From contig CBDHDF010000004.1 in assembly GCA_965261545.1 (NCBI GenBank), positions 96,001 to 160,000 of the forward strand: a DNA stretch of 64,000 nucleotides, in the 5' to 3' direction. The translations under genes and the position numbers were made by a program. The DNA is from Bdellovibrionales bacterium. GTDB lineage: Bacteria > Bdellovibrionota > Bdellovibrionia > Bdellovibrionales > UBA1609. Shown here in pieces: positions 40,127-49,931 of this stretch. Under the pieces are notes generated by a model. The model was not told the DNA's origin. It did no database searches and saw only the letters and a list, made by a program, of their open reading frames with translations. Every line of letters starts with the position of its first letter. Within the stretch, counting starts at the first letter, position 1.

Positions 40127-42039
40127 CCCGAGTTTGACAGCAGCATCTGCGTCAAACGAATGATATTAAAGGATTAACGCATATAGTTGTATTTTGTTTA
40201 TCCACACTTGTGGGCATTAAGGATTCTGGGAGGGATGGGGACGCCTGCGGCTTTAAATAAGGAGTTGGCATTGCCAGTGATATCTGTGCGGGTCCAAATG
40301 ACTTGATCACGAATTTTAACAGGGATAGCCCTAACTTCCTTGAGTTCCCTCATGGCCTCTACAACAGTTAAAGGTCGCTCTTTAACATGACCAATGCCTA
40401 TGGCTGGGCTTTTTAGGTTCATCTTCTTATCTCTTAAACATTTTGTAAGGTGGGCCTCACAAAGATAAGTTAAAAAGCATAGAGTTAAATGTCCAATAAT
40501 CCTCTGGTCTGTCCAATGGAAAACAGGACGTGTTTTCAAAGTCCCTTTTAACTCACCAAAAGCATCTTCAATTTTCCACAATTCTTTGTAGTTGATAATA
40601 ATCTCATCTGCCGTCAAGTCTTTGACATTTGTAAGGACGGCAAAAAAACCATCAATTTTTTCATCTAATTCTATTTGTTCTGCATTTAATTCAGGTTTTT
40701 TATTTTTGTCGTCAGCCATCTTTACATATTTCTTATAACCTTTATTGGAAACAAAAGTACTAGACTGAACACCTTTAGAAGATAGTTTTCCTTCGATCTT
40801 TTCAAGAAGGGATTCTCTAGATTTTTTATCTCTCTCTGCTCTTTTCCTAGACCAAGTCACAATACATCTATGCCCCCCATGGTCTGTTTCGTAAACAGCA
40901 AGCTCATTCTCATATACCCAGCTAAAACGATTTAAATCATAGACCTCTTGTTTCTTTTCTTTTTTTAAAGATCCAAGCTTCATACCAACAATAAACTCGC
41001 TTTGATCCTCACTGAGTTTGTCAGTATTAGCCTTTGATAAAAGCCCCCTATCAGCCACAAAAATGAAACGGCGTACATTAAACTTTTTTCTCATTTTATC
41101 AACAATATCTGAAAGCGTCTTGCCTTCAAAAGTATTACCAGGGAAAACCTCAAAACCTAAAGGGATGCCATCCCGATTCACCAACAAACCAAAGACAACT
41201 TGGGTGCAGTCTGATCGTCTCTCTTTACTATAGCCAAATTGACGAAGTTTCCCTAAGTCTGTTCTTGTACTCTCGAAGCGTAAGGTTGTTAAATCATACA
41301 ACACAATGTCTACTTGGAAATTAAATAAATCTCGCCCCACCCAATAAAGCGAGTTCTCTATTTCATCCTTATGGGAGGCAAGTAAGTCCATAGACCGATA
41401 AATATGCTGGAGACTCAAATCACCCTTAATCATGTCTGGGTAAAAAGATTTTTGCCAATACTCAAAAACCTTTAACTTGGAACTAGGAGCAATAAATCGG
41501 CTGGCAACTAAGGTAAAAATCACCTTACATAAATCAAATTGAACTTTCTCATGAGAATCTTTTATGTCTTTGAGGGTCTTATTGATACCCAGTTGATCAA
41601 ACAACTTTTGTAAAATCAGCAAGGGACCCAAAATGAAAGTCTCTTCGATGTAAAGCTCCTTAGCCAATTGACTCACAGTGAGAAGCTCTCGGTGGCGGGA
41701 TACGGCCTGCGCCAAACTATTAATCTTATCCTCTCCTCCTTCTCCAGCCTTACCTAAGGACATGAGCATGCGTTTTTTGGATTTGCCTTTTTCTCTGTAG
41801 GACTCCACAAGGTGGTAGTAGCACTGACCTTTTGAGTTTTTAGTCGTTTGGATGTACATGAGGATATTTTCTACATATTTCTATGATATATCAATATTTA
41901 AAACGATAAAATCCTATTTTGTTTTCTACACTTTTTTTACGTCAATTTTAATTTTTCCAGCAGCTACCATTATATTTCAGTACAACCCCAATTTCTGGAA
42001 ATTTCGCATTTTAACGCAGATGCTGCTGTCAAACTCGGG
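40127..42039 (-). mobile_element. IS1634-family insertion sequence, full length, no TSD
   Basis: IRs CCCGAGTTTGACAGCAGCATCTGCGT at both ends; flanks unrelated. Confidence 0.93.
40198..41859 (-). CDS. IS1634-family DDE transposase
   Basis: YDLTTLRFE, FGYSKE, FPGNTFE, VADRGL, YKELWKIEDAFGELK, RPVFHW. Confidence 0.95.
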   Translation of the reverse strand: MYIQTTKNSKGQCYYHLVESYREKGKSKKRMLMSLGKAGEGGEDKINSLAQAVSRHRELLTVSQLAKELYIEETFILGPLLILQKLFDQLGINKTLKDIKDSHEKVQFDLCKVIFTLVASRFIAPSSKLKVFEYWQKSFYPDMIKGDLSLQHIYRSMDLLASHKDEIENSLYWVGRDLFNFQVDIVLYDLTTLRFESTRTDLGKLRQFGYSKERRSDCTQVVFGLLVNRDGIPLGFEVFPGNTFEGKTLSDIVDKMRKKFNVRRFIFVADRGLLSKANTDKLSEDQSEFIVGMKLGSLKKEKKQEVYDLNRFSWVYENELAVYETDHGGHRCIVTWSRKRAERDKKSRESLLEKIEGKLSSKGVQSSTFVSNKGYKKYVKMADDKNKKPELNAEQIELDEKIDGFFAVLTNVKDLTADEIIINYKELWKIEDAFGELKGTLKTRPVFHWTDQRIIGHLTLCFLTYLCEAHLTKCLRDKKMNLKSPAIGIGHVKERPLTVVEAMRELKEVRAIPVKIRDQVIWTRTDITGNANSLFKAAGVPIPPRILNAHKCG

Positions 42040-42041
42040 AG

Positions 42042-42212
42042 GCGAGCATAAATGTCAAAGACGCCAAGCCCAAGGTATGGGCGAATGAACCTCCTCATGA
42101 GCTTATTTGGGAATTTGATGTACTTATAAAAGACCCCTTATCCGCCTATGCGGTCCTCGTTGGTATTGAATCGGGCCGTATTCGCAAACAATTCCCAACA
42201 CACAAAAACTAG
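42042..42212 (+). pseudogene. Orphan 3' fragment of an unknown (PepSY-like) gene cut by IS1634
   Basis: Open frame from the IS end: ASINVKDAKPKVWANEPPHELIWEFDVLIKDPLSAYAVLVGIESGRIRKQFPTHKN*; its stop overlaps the trmB stop. Confidence 0.5.
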
Positions 42213-42937
42213 CCCTTGGTGATAAGAGCATAGTGAATGGGTAAATTCTGAGAAGTAAATATCTTTTCAAAGTGAGTGGGAAAATTTGTGGCCCTCCACC
42301 GTGAGTTGTATAAGTCATGGGTCACAGCATGAATTTCGTAAGGACTTTCTTTGAAGTACTCGAGAGATTCATCGAAATAGTCTCTATTGTCTGTTTTGAA
42401 TTCAATGTAACTCTGGGGCCTTTGTATGGCCCATAAATCACTTAAAAAAAGAGGGCAAATAAGTCGATGCTTACGCTGCTTCTTTTTGATCCAAGGATCG
42501 GGGAAGTGGATGTACACATTATCGATTTCTTCAGATTCAAAGATGTGATTCAAAAAGCGTGCATGGTATCTTGCCATGCAAGTGTTTCTACAACCCTCCT
42601 TAAGAGCTCGACGAATGGATTGAATCAAAGGCTTGTATTTGAGTTCGAGACCAACAAGATAGCGCTCAGGATGGGAAAGCCCATGGTGGACAAAGTGGTA
42701 GCCATTTCCTGTACCAATCTCAAGGTCTAGGGGAAAGCCTGAAGAAACACCAAACACCTCCTGTCTCCAACTCCCTTTAAGTGAGCCCACACGCTCCTCG
42801 TTAAAGGCCCATCGAGAGAATTCACTATTCAGAGCCCTCACATAGTCATTAGGGTAGGGAATCTCGCAAGTGAGACTGATGGGCAGAGAAGAGTGAGCAG
42901 GGTTTTGAGAGTTTTTAGCCTGTTGTTCCATTTCCAC
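42209..42937 (-). CDS. trmB: tRNA (guanine-N7)-methyltransferase
   Basis: LEIGTGNG, GLE, HFPDPWIKKKQRKHR, KTDNRDY, THFE. Confidence 0.95.
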   Translation of the reverse strand: MEMEQQAKNSQNPAHSSLPISLTCEIPYPNDYVRALNSEFSRWAFNEERVGSLKGSWRQEVFGVSSGFPLDLEIGTGNGYHFVHHGLSHPERYLVGLELKYKPLIQSIRRALKEGCRNTCMARYHARFLNHIFESEEIDNVYIHFPDPWIKKKQRKHRLICPLFLSDLWAIQRPQSYIEFKTDNRDYFDESLEYFKESPYEIHAVTHDLYNSRWRATNFPTHFEKIFTSQNLPIHYALITKG

Positions 42938-42986
42938 AGCCGTTTATCACCTTGACAAATGGACAGTCAATAGGTTAGGCAATCTC

Positions 42987-44726
42987 ATGCTTTTAAGCGG
43001 CCTCATACAATGCATATCACTCATACACAAACCACCACACATCCCACCGGCAATAGTGCCCGCTCTTTTCCTTACCTTTCTGACCACGCTGGAAGGCACC
43101 ATTCTACCACCACTGGCCCAAGCTGTGCCCACCAAGGGCCACCGACTGATGATTGCTGCGGTCTCTCCCCATGCCGTTGAACTTGGAAAACAAGTGGCCC
43201 TCAAGGGAGGCAATGTTGTCGACGTCGCCGTCACTGTCGCCCTCACCCTCTCGGTCACTCACCCCTACTATGCAGCTCTTGGAGGAGGAGGATTTGCCCT
43301 TGTGAAGATGGGAAAAAAAGGGGTACGGGTCCTCGATTTTCGCGAAAAAGCTCCTGGGGGAACCTCCCCCAACTTTTATCTCAATAAAGCCAAGAGAGCT
43401 TCTTTAGATGGGGGCCATGCCATTGGTGTACCAGGAATCCCCGCTGGCCTGTGGGCTCTTCATCAAAAGTATGGAAAACTCAGTTGGTCTCAGCTACTTG
43501 CAGGCCCCATAGAGCTGGCACGAAAAGGGTTTCGAGTTTCAGGAGAGTGGGTGAGGATCACCCATAAGACCAAAGATCGCTTTACAGCTTCGGGGCAAAA
43601 GTTTTTTCTCAAAGAAGGAAAGGCTATGTACAAGCCGGGGTCTATTTTCAAGCAAAAAGCCCTGGCACAAGCTCTTAAAAAAATTCGAGATCGAAATACC
43701 TTTCCTTTTTACCATGGTGATCTCGCTCAAGACATGGTCAAAAGCATAAAAAAAGCTGGAGGTATTCTCAGCCTACAAGATCTTAAAAACTACAAAGTTC
43801 GTTGGCTTTCTCCCCTGACAACAAATTTCCATGGACACAAGATTTACTTAATGCCCCCTCCCAGCAGTGGCGGCCTTGTCATTCAATCAGCCCTTTCTCT
43901 CATGCACCAACTCCAGTTAAAAAAACTTAAACCCATGAGTGTGGATGAATTTCATATGATCGGTGAGGTTTTAAGCCGTTCTTTTCGCGGACGTAGCCTT
44001 TTAGGTGACCCAGATTTCCACAAAAACCCCATAAATCACCTTCTCTCACCTAAGTATCTCTCCAAAATGGCACAAACAATCCATATTCATCGCACTCAAA
44101 AAATAACCCCTCTTTCATTGCCAACCCCTAAGGAAGGCAAGGAAAGTCATGAAACCACACACCTCTCTGTGCTGGATCACAAGGGAAATGCTGTGACTAT
44201 GACCATCACTCTCAACGGAGGCTACGGTTCGGGAGTGGTCAGTGAAAAATACGGCATAGCCTTGAACAATGAAATGGATGACTTCACAACCCACCCCGGC
44301 AAACCCAATTTATGGGGACTTGTCCAAGGGTCTGGTAATCAAGTGCAACCAGGGAAAAGACCTCTTAGTTCTATGAGCCCCACACTGGTGGAAAAAAACA
44401 ACAAAATTATTATGTCTTTGGGTGCCCCTGGGGGCCCTACCATTATCAGTGGTGTTTTACAGACTCTCTATCGCCTGATTGTCACAGGTTGGGACGTGGA
44501 TAGGGCCATTCAAGCTCCAAGGGTTCATCACCAATTTCTTCCCCATACCCTTTATTTAGATGAAGGGCGATTTTTTCCTGAAACAATTGAAGGTCTTAAA
44601 AAGCGCGGCCACAAAACTCAAAACATTCGGTTGGTTGGGCGCATATACGCCATTCGCCAAAACAAAGATGGTGTTTTAGAGGCCGCCCATGACTCCCGAG
44701 GCGAAGGAGCTTCGGGAGGATACTGA
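42987..44726 (+). CDS. ggt: Gamma-glutamyltransferase
   Basis: GGNVVDVA, GGGGF, DFREKAP, ETTHLSV (catalytic Thr), NNEMDDF, PGKRPLSSMSP. Confidence 0.96.
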   Translation: MLLSGLIQCISLIHKPPHIPPAIVPALFLTFLTTLEGTILPPLAQAVPTKGHRLMIAAVSPHAVELGKQVALKGGNVVDVAVTVALTLSVTHPYYAALGGGGFALVKMGKKGVRVLDFREKAPGGTSPNFYLNKAKRASLDGGHAIGVPGIPAGLWALHQKYGKLSWSQLLAGPIELARKGFRVSGEWVRITHKTKDRFTASGQKFFLKEGKAMYKPGSIFKQKALAQALKKIRDRNTFPFYHGDLAQDMVKSIKKAGGILSLQDLKNYKVRWLSPLTTNFHGHKIYLMPPPSSGGLVIQSALSLMHQLQLKKLKPMSVDEFHMIGEVLSRSFRGRSLLGDPDFHKNPINHLLSPKYLSKMAQTIHIHRTQKITPLSLPTPKEGKESHETTHLSVLDHKGNAVTMTITLNGGYGSGVVSEKYGIALNNEMDDFTTHPGKPNLWGLVQGSGNQVQPGKRPLSSMSPTLVEKNNKIIMSLGAPGGPTIISGVLQTLYRLIVTGWDVDRAIQAPRVHHQFLPHTLYLDEGRFFPETIEGLKKRGHKTQNIRLVGRIYAIRQNKDGVLEAAHDSRGEGASGGY

Positions 44727-44801
44727 TTCACGGCACGGGGCTCTCAGAGCCCTTCCTTAATAGCCTACTACCATCTGCACCCTCGGTTGGGTTGGTTGGC
44801 C

Positions 44802-46088
44802 CTAAGAATCTTCCTCCTCAAAGGAGCCTCCCCTTGGATGATAAGAGCAACGAAACCCAAGATAGGAATCCTTATATTTTGAAGAATAACTTAAGAAGAC
44901 AGAAAACACCCCTGATGATGTACTTTTCTCATCAATAAAAGAGCCTCCACGAATAACAGTGCCCTTTTTGTGATCGACAACAGCCGCCCCAAGACCACCA
45001 TGAATTAAAGATGCGTAATTTCCCAAGGGGCCGAATTGATCCTTGGCCATACGAGCCACTATTGTTGTGCCCCCCCTAAGACTCCGAAGGGTATTATGGG
45101 TTTGGACTGTCAGCTTGGCAACCAAGGTATTTTTGCCATAAGAGGCCTTGCTTTCATCTTTCACCCACTCAGAAACATTTCCAGAAAAATCCCAAATGAT
45201 TTCGCCATTGGAGAGAGTATGGGTTCTCTTATGCTCATTCCAAGAAGTACCTGGACAAGGTTGAGACATGTGAAAACAGCCCTGAAGATCATTAGGGCTT
45301 GCAGCTAAAGTCTTCTTAGGGCCTTCAAAGGCTCCAGAATGCCCTTGGTTTAAACCCTTTGTGGATCCAATTTTTTGATCTCCCCAATTCAAAGAAACGC
45401 TCTCAATATTTCGAGCAATGGTTTGCCACTCATCATTGGTAATAAGATTGTAGAGATCATGGTCTTTCTCGCTTCCAGCCAAAGCCTTGCAAGCCTTTAT
45501 GGCCTCCTCTCTGTCTAAGTTGACATAAGGAGTTTGGGCCGCCTCGGAAACCACCTTGTTGGAACCATCATTTTTCATTTCATATTTGGCAACACAAAAG
45601 CTTCGATTTGTATAACCCTTTAAAGGAGGTACACCTATAAAACCCTTGGGGCAAACAAAGTGGTTGATGAGCTGAGTAGATAACTTTCCTAGCTCTTTAT
45701 TGCCAACCGATTTATGAATACCAGTCAATGGAATAGAAGAAATCTTGTTCCAAGCCGTCAAGTCCAAAGTGATACTCCAGGCTCCATTGGTACAGGTCAA
45801 AGGAGATAGGTCTAAAACCCCTATTTTTAGTTGAATCGGCTGCCCTTCTTCGGAACATTGACCTTTTAATACAAATTTTTTCACATTTTGAGAGTGGATT
45901 TCCAGAGAAGGGTCAGAATTTATAGATAATAAAACAGGAGCCCTGGGAAGTGTCGCCTTTTTTAAAGCTGAATCTTCGCCTTGAATCCACTGAGTTCCCT
46001 TAGAACATGCGATTAAAAATAAGACACACAAATAAAGATGCAGTAATAAGAGAAATGATACACGAATTTGTTTTACCATTTTTACCAT
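44802..46088 (-). CDS. Lipoprotein with Ig-like N-domain and FGE/SUMF1 (C-type lectin fold) domain
   Basis: Lipobox LIAC; FCVAKYEM, LITNDEW, WDFSGNVSEW, IRGGSF, LGFRC. Confidence 0.82.
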   Translation of the reverse strand: MVKMVKQIRVSFLLLLHLYLCVLFLIACSKGTQWIQGEDSALKKATLPRAPVLLSINSDPSLEIHSQNVKKFVLKGQCSEEGQPIQLKIGVLDLSPLTCTNGAWSITLDLTAWNKISSIPLTGIHKSVGNKELGKLSTQLINHFVCPKGFIGVPPLKGYTNRSFCVAKYEMKNDGSNKVVSEAAQTPYVNLDREEAIKACKALAGSEKDHDLYNLITNDEWQTIARNIESVSLNWGDQKIGSTKGLNQGHSGAFEGPKKTLAASPNDLQGCFHMSQPCPGTSWNEHKRTHTLSNGEIIWDFSGNVSEWVKDESKASYGKNTLVAKLTVQTHNTLRSLRGGTTIVARMAKDQFGPLGNYASLIHGGLGAAVVDHKKGTVIRGGSFIDEKSTSSGVFSVFLSYSSKYKDSYLGFRCSYHPRGGSFEEEDS

Positions 46089-46362
46089 GATGATACCCTC
46101 TCTCTTGCCTCATCATAATGAAACACATTGTCTCACTTTCAACTATTGCAATGAGGTAAGTACCCTTTTTCTATAGGGACGATGAATTTTCTTAATATTG
46201 TTATCGGCACTATCGGCTTTCAAAACTAGAAACTATAATGACTCGCCACTTGTCGAAGTACAGAATGTAGGCTATAAGAATGTAAGCTATAAGTCGGTAG
46301 AAAAGAGAGATTGAAACACATTGTAATTGAAATACGATTGTAGAGGTCGTGGTGGTGATTTT

Positions 46363-46710
46363 ATGAAAATAGGCCCTCAATTAGAAAAAGGCGCTCTCCA
46401 AAAAGAGAATTCTCACTTAGAAGAAGGTTCTCCCCAAATTCTCCATGCTGATTTGTGCGGAGAAAGCCTTGAAGTTAAAGTCGAAAAAGGGGCTAGTATT
46501 ATCGAATGCCTTATCAACGAAGGTTACAACCCACCTTATTCATGTCTAGAAGGGGTTTGTACGGCCTGTCTCGCCAAGGTGACAGAAGGTGCCGTGGAAC
46601 AGAGAGAACTTGGGGTTCTTACAGAAGACAACATAAGAAACCATGAGGTTTTGACTTGCCAAGCCCACCCTCTCACTCCTGTCGTCAAGGTTCAATACGA
46701 TGATTTATAG
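46363..46710 (+). CDS. 2Fe-2S ferredoxin
   Basis: PYSCLEGVCTAC...LTCQAHP. Confidence 0.9.
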   Translation: MKIGPQLEKGALQKENSHLEEGSPQILHADLCGESLEVKVEKGASIIECLINEGYNPPYSCLEGVCTACLAKVTEGAVEQRELGVLTEDNIRNHEVLTCQAHPLTPVVKVQYDDL

Positions 46711-46765
46711 AATTCACACAGACCTTCCCATGTCATATAACCAATTAAAAAGTAAGGAACTAAAT

Positions 46766-46842
46766 TGGTTGGGTTACCCGGACTCGAACCGGGGACCTCT
46801 ACCATGTCAAGGTAGCACTCTAACCAACTGAGCTATAACCCA
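46766..46842 (-). tRNA. tRNA-Val(GAC)
   Basis: TGGGTTATAGCTCAGTTGGTTAGAG...TTGACAT...GGTTCGAGTCCGGGTAACCCAACCA. Confidence 0.95.
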
Positions 46843-47077
46843 ATAACTCCCAAGGCACACACCTTCAGAAGTGAATCAGAGAGAAGAGAATGGAAGAAAG
46901 ATATCCTTTTGATGATTTTAGGTCAAGAAATATTGTTCATGCTCTCAAAAGTTATATCAATTCTTCCGATATAACTCTAAGTCATAAGATATAATATAAT
47001 ACTAATGTCGATCCAGCTCAAATGCTTTTGAAGCTGCATCTTCTTGCGCCTTGGAGCTCATTTCATATGGAGGTTTT

Positions 47078-48892
47078 ATGGAGACAAAGCTTGTTATGAC
47101 CACAAGGTCCGTTTCTACGATGTATCACGGGGGCATTGTTTTCATATCATATCTTTGGCTGAGTATTTTTGCACTTAGCAGTGGAGCCGCAGCCCCGAAC
47201 GACACAGAGAAATCTGAAACCGACAGGCTTAAAAGTCGCATCAATGCCATATGTGGGAAAAGTATCGACGACATCAAAAAAACACGTGACGAACAAATGG
47301 CAAGCTTAAATTGTGAAAGTAAAACAGATACAGCAAAGACAACTTGTGACAACGAAAGAAAAGCTATAAAAGATAGGTCCAATAAAAAGATCCGAGAATT
47401 TGATTCATGCCCAGAAAGAGTCGCTAGAGAAGACTTGGCTCAATCGTCCGTGGAAACTGTGGAAGAAAAATCCTGCCGAGAATCTCGAAAAGATCTCAGT
47501 AAAGCCAAAACAGCCATATCCAAGAAATGTGGTGCGAAATGTTTGGACAAAGCCGTTCAGTGTGTTCGTTGCTCTCAAGGGGATACAAGCTGTGATGAAG
47601 ATGATGACGACGACGATGAAGAAGATAGTGAAAAAATAAATATTCTTAAAATATGGGAAAATCGTAAAGACAGCCCATCAAAGAAAGAAGCTCTTAAAAA
47701 TATTCGCAACCTCGAACGAGAATTTAAATCTTGTCCCCTTGTAGCCAGTGATGATTTAAAGTCTCTCAAAGAGGATATCAAAGATATCAAGAAAGAAAAG
47801 AAAGATTTAGAAAAAGATATTTCAGACAAACAAAAAGAAATAGATGAGCTTAAGGAGAAAGATGCGAAGGCAACTCTAGAATTTGAAGCATCAAAATCAA
47901 AACTCGAACAGGAAATGGAAGATCTCACCGGTGAACTTGAAAAGAATCTTGAAGAAGTCACCACAGAGGGAGAGCGCAAAGTCTTGGAGATTGAAAAGCG
48001 CTTGGTAGAAATCGACGGAGAAATTGAAGGACTAAATCTGGACGAAGTCAAGACCCAACATGCCCTCAATGAGGTTCGCTTGAAAGCCCAGGGAGAGTGC
48101 CATGAATCAGCCCTTCGACAAGTCGGAGAATTGCGCAAAAGAAAGGCCAAGCTTGTACAAGAGAGTCTAGATATAAAAGGAGGCTTTAAATCTCTTCTAA
48201 GGGGTGCGGGCCTTTCCAAGAAAGCTGCCGCCAAAAAGCTAGTTCAAGAACTCCGCCGAGACTGTATGAATGATAAGATCTACAAAAACAAAATGAAAGT
48301 GCTTTACACAAAGACAGAACAGACAAAAAAACTTATTAAAGCTTCCATTCAATCCAAGAAGAAAGAAAAAGAACAACTACGATCGAGTGCCAAAAAGATA
48401 TTGTCTGAAGTATCAAGAAGTGCAGAAAAAGCATTGAAAGAGGCCGCCAAACTCATTAAACGCAAAGAGAAAGAAATTGTTCAGGTGCAAAAAAATCGTG
48501 CCATCGATCAACAAGCATTTCAATCCAACCTTGATCGTCTTCAGCGTGAAATACACAATCTTCGCCTTCAACTTCAAGAGAGTGAAGAATTCTTAGCAAA
48601 TAAACAGCGTATCTTGGGACTAAAACAAAAATACAAGGTTCCAGGACTTAAAGGTGATTCTACAGACGCCATTGGATTGACGGAAGATGCCAGAAATAAG
48701 GCTCGCGATGTAATGTCAAATTGCTCTTGTCCCTCCTCCATAGATAGCTCTCTAAACGCTTCTCAAATCAGAGAGATTATGAAGAAATGTGAAAGTTCTT
48801 ATCGATTTCTTAACAGAGTTTCCTCAGAAGCAGAGTACCCCACTCGCAATGATGATAGTCCATCAACGACGAACAGTTCAGGTGCCAGATAA
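47078..48892 (+). CDS. Secreted long coiled-coil, Cys-paired protein of unknown function
   Basis: Hydrophobic signal segment, K/E heptads, paired Cys, poly-Asp tract; GGAGG RBS before ATG 47078. Confidence 0.8.
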   Translation: METKLVMTTRSVSTMYHGGIVFISYLWLSIFALSSGAAAPNDTEKSETDRLKSRINAICGKSIDDIKKTRDEQMASLNCESKTDTAKTTCDNERKAIKDRSNKKIREFDSCPERVAREDLAQSSVETVEEKSCRESRKDLSKAKTAISKKCGAKCLDKAVQCVRCSQGDTSCDEDDDDDDEEDSEKINILKIWENRKDSPSKKEALKNIRNLEREFKSCPLVASDDLKSLKEDIKDIKKEKKDLEKDISDKQKEIDELKEKDAKATLEFEASKSKLEQEMEDLTGELEKNLEEVTTEGERKVLEIEKRLVEIDGEIEGLNLDEVKTQHALNEVRLKAQGECHESALRQVGELRKRKAKLVQESLDIKGGFKSLLRGAGLSKKAAAKKLVQELRRDCMNDKIYKNKMKVLYTKTEQTKKLIKASIQSKKKEKEQLRSSAKKILSEVSRSAEKALKEAAKLIKRKEKEIVQVQKNRAIDQQAFQSNLDRLQREIHNLRLQLQESEEFLANKQRILGLKQKYKVPGLKGDSTDAIGLTEDARNKARDVMSNCSCPSSIDSSLNASQIREIMKKCESSYRFLNRVSSEAEYPTRNDDSPSTTNSSGAR

Positions 48893-49143
48893 AAGCCAGA
48901 TAAAAGGTAGTGTAAAAGTAAAATCTCAATCCATAGTATCAAAAAAATACACAAGAGCATCAAAAGAGAACACGAAGGTAGTGGCTGCTAGAAAGATCAA
49001 CAAAATTCATCGATATCAATAAATTCACATCATTGGCACTTCCCTTCCGTCGATATAGTTAATTCTTAAAGAAATATAACCGATAAATTAAATGTAACCA
49101 CTGGTAACGACTCAGAACAAACTCATCACTATGGAAATATATT

Positions 49144-49821
49144 ATGCAAACAAGACCGTGGATTGAGCTTCCATTCTTATGGATGCTTCTTTTAAACATT
49201 CTTCTTGGAGGAGGTGATCTTACAAACCACCCCTTTAAGGTGACTAAGACTGTCTATGCTCAGACATCAAGTTATCCAGCATGCCGTAAGTTTGGCAATC
49301 TTCCTGAGCAAGATCATTACTGCACTCGTATTGAAGGTGAACACCCCCAAGGATGCTGCCCTCCACTCATAGAAGAACCAATAACTTGTCACTATGCAAA
49401 ACGTAGTTACAGCCAACCCATATTGGCCAACAGCTTCTACTACACCTGCGAAACAGATGCAAACGGCACAAAAAGAAACACACCTCATAGGTGTTGTATA
49501 AAATCAAAAGAATATTGCTATAGTGACTTGCGATCTGTTTCTTTTATTCCCTTCCTGACCTATGGTTGGAGTGAATCCCCTAAAGCATGTTGTTTTGCCG
49601 CTTGTCCTAATGCTGTGTATTGGTCCAATCATCCAGATACCAGCCAACAAGTTCCATCCAATTACAAACGCCTCAAGAACGCTTCCATTCCTACATGTCA
49701 AGAATCCATAGATCGATGTGACTATGGCGATGTAGAGTCATGCTTAGAGAGTGAATATTGCCCATACATACGAAGACCTCGCCCAACCACGCCACCACCA
49801 AAAGCTCCAGAAGGTGGTTAA
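49144..49821 (+). CDS. Secreted Cys-rich protein of unknown function
   Basis: Signal ending near VYA-Q; many Cys including three CC pairs; Pro-rich tail. Confidence 0.78.
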   Translation: MQTRPWIELPFLWMLLLNILLGGGDLTNHPFKVTKTVYAQTSSYPACRKFGNLPEQDHYCTRIEGEHPQGCCPPLIEEPITCHYAKRSYSQPILANSFYYTCETDANGTKRNTPHRCCIKSKEYCYSDLRSVSFIPFLTYGWSESPKACCFAACPNAVYWSNHPDTSQQVPSNYKRLKNASIPTCQESIDRCDYGDVESCLESEYCPYIRRPRPTTPPPKAPEGG

Positions 49822-49931
49822 CTTTCACTTTCTCGCATTGAGACTTCACCAGCCTTTAAAGCATAAAAGGAATAAAGGAGGAAAAGATCAAAAACAGCAC
49901 TAGGTTCTTTAGAATTAGATTTTTCAGATCA

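Noticed and set aside
44802..46088. FGE/C-lectin protein as a diversity-generating retroelement target
   Set aside because: No reverse transcriptase and no second copy (template repeat) of its 3' end seen in the window.
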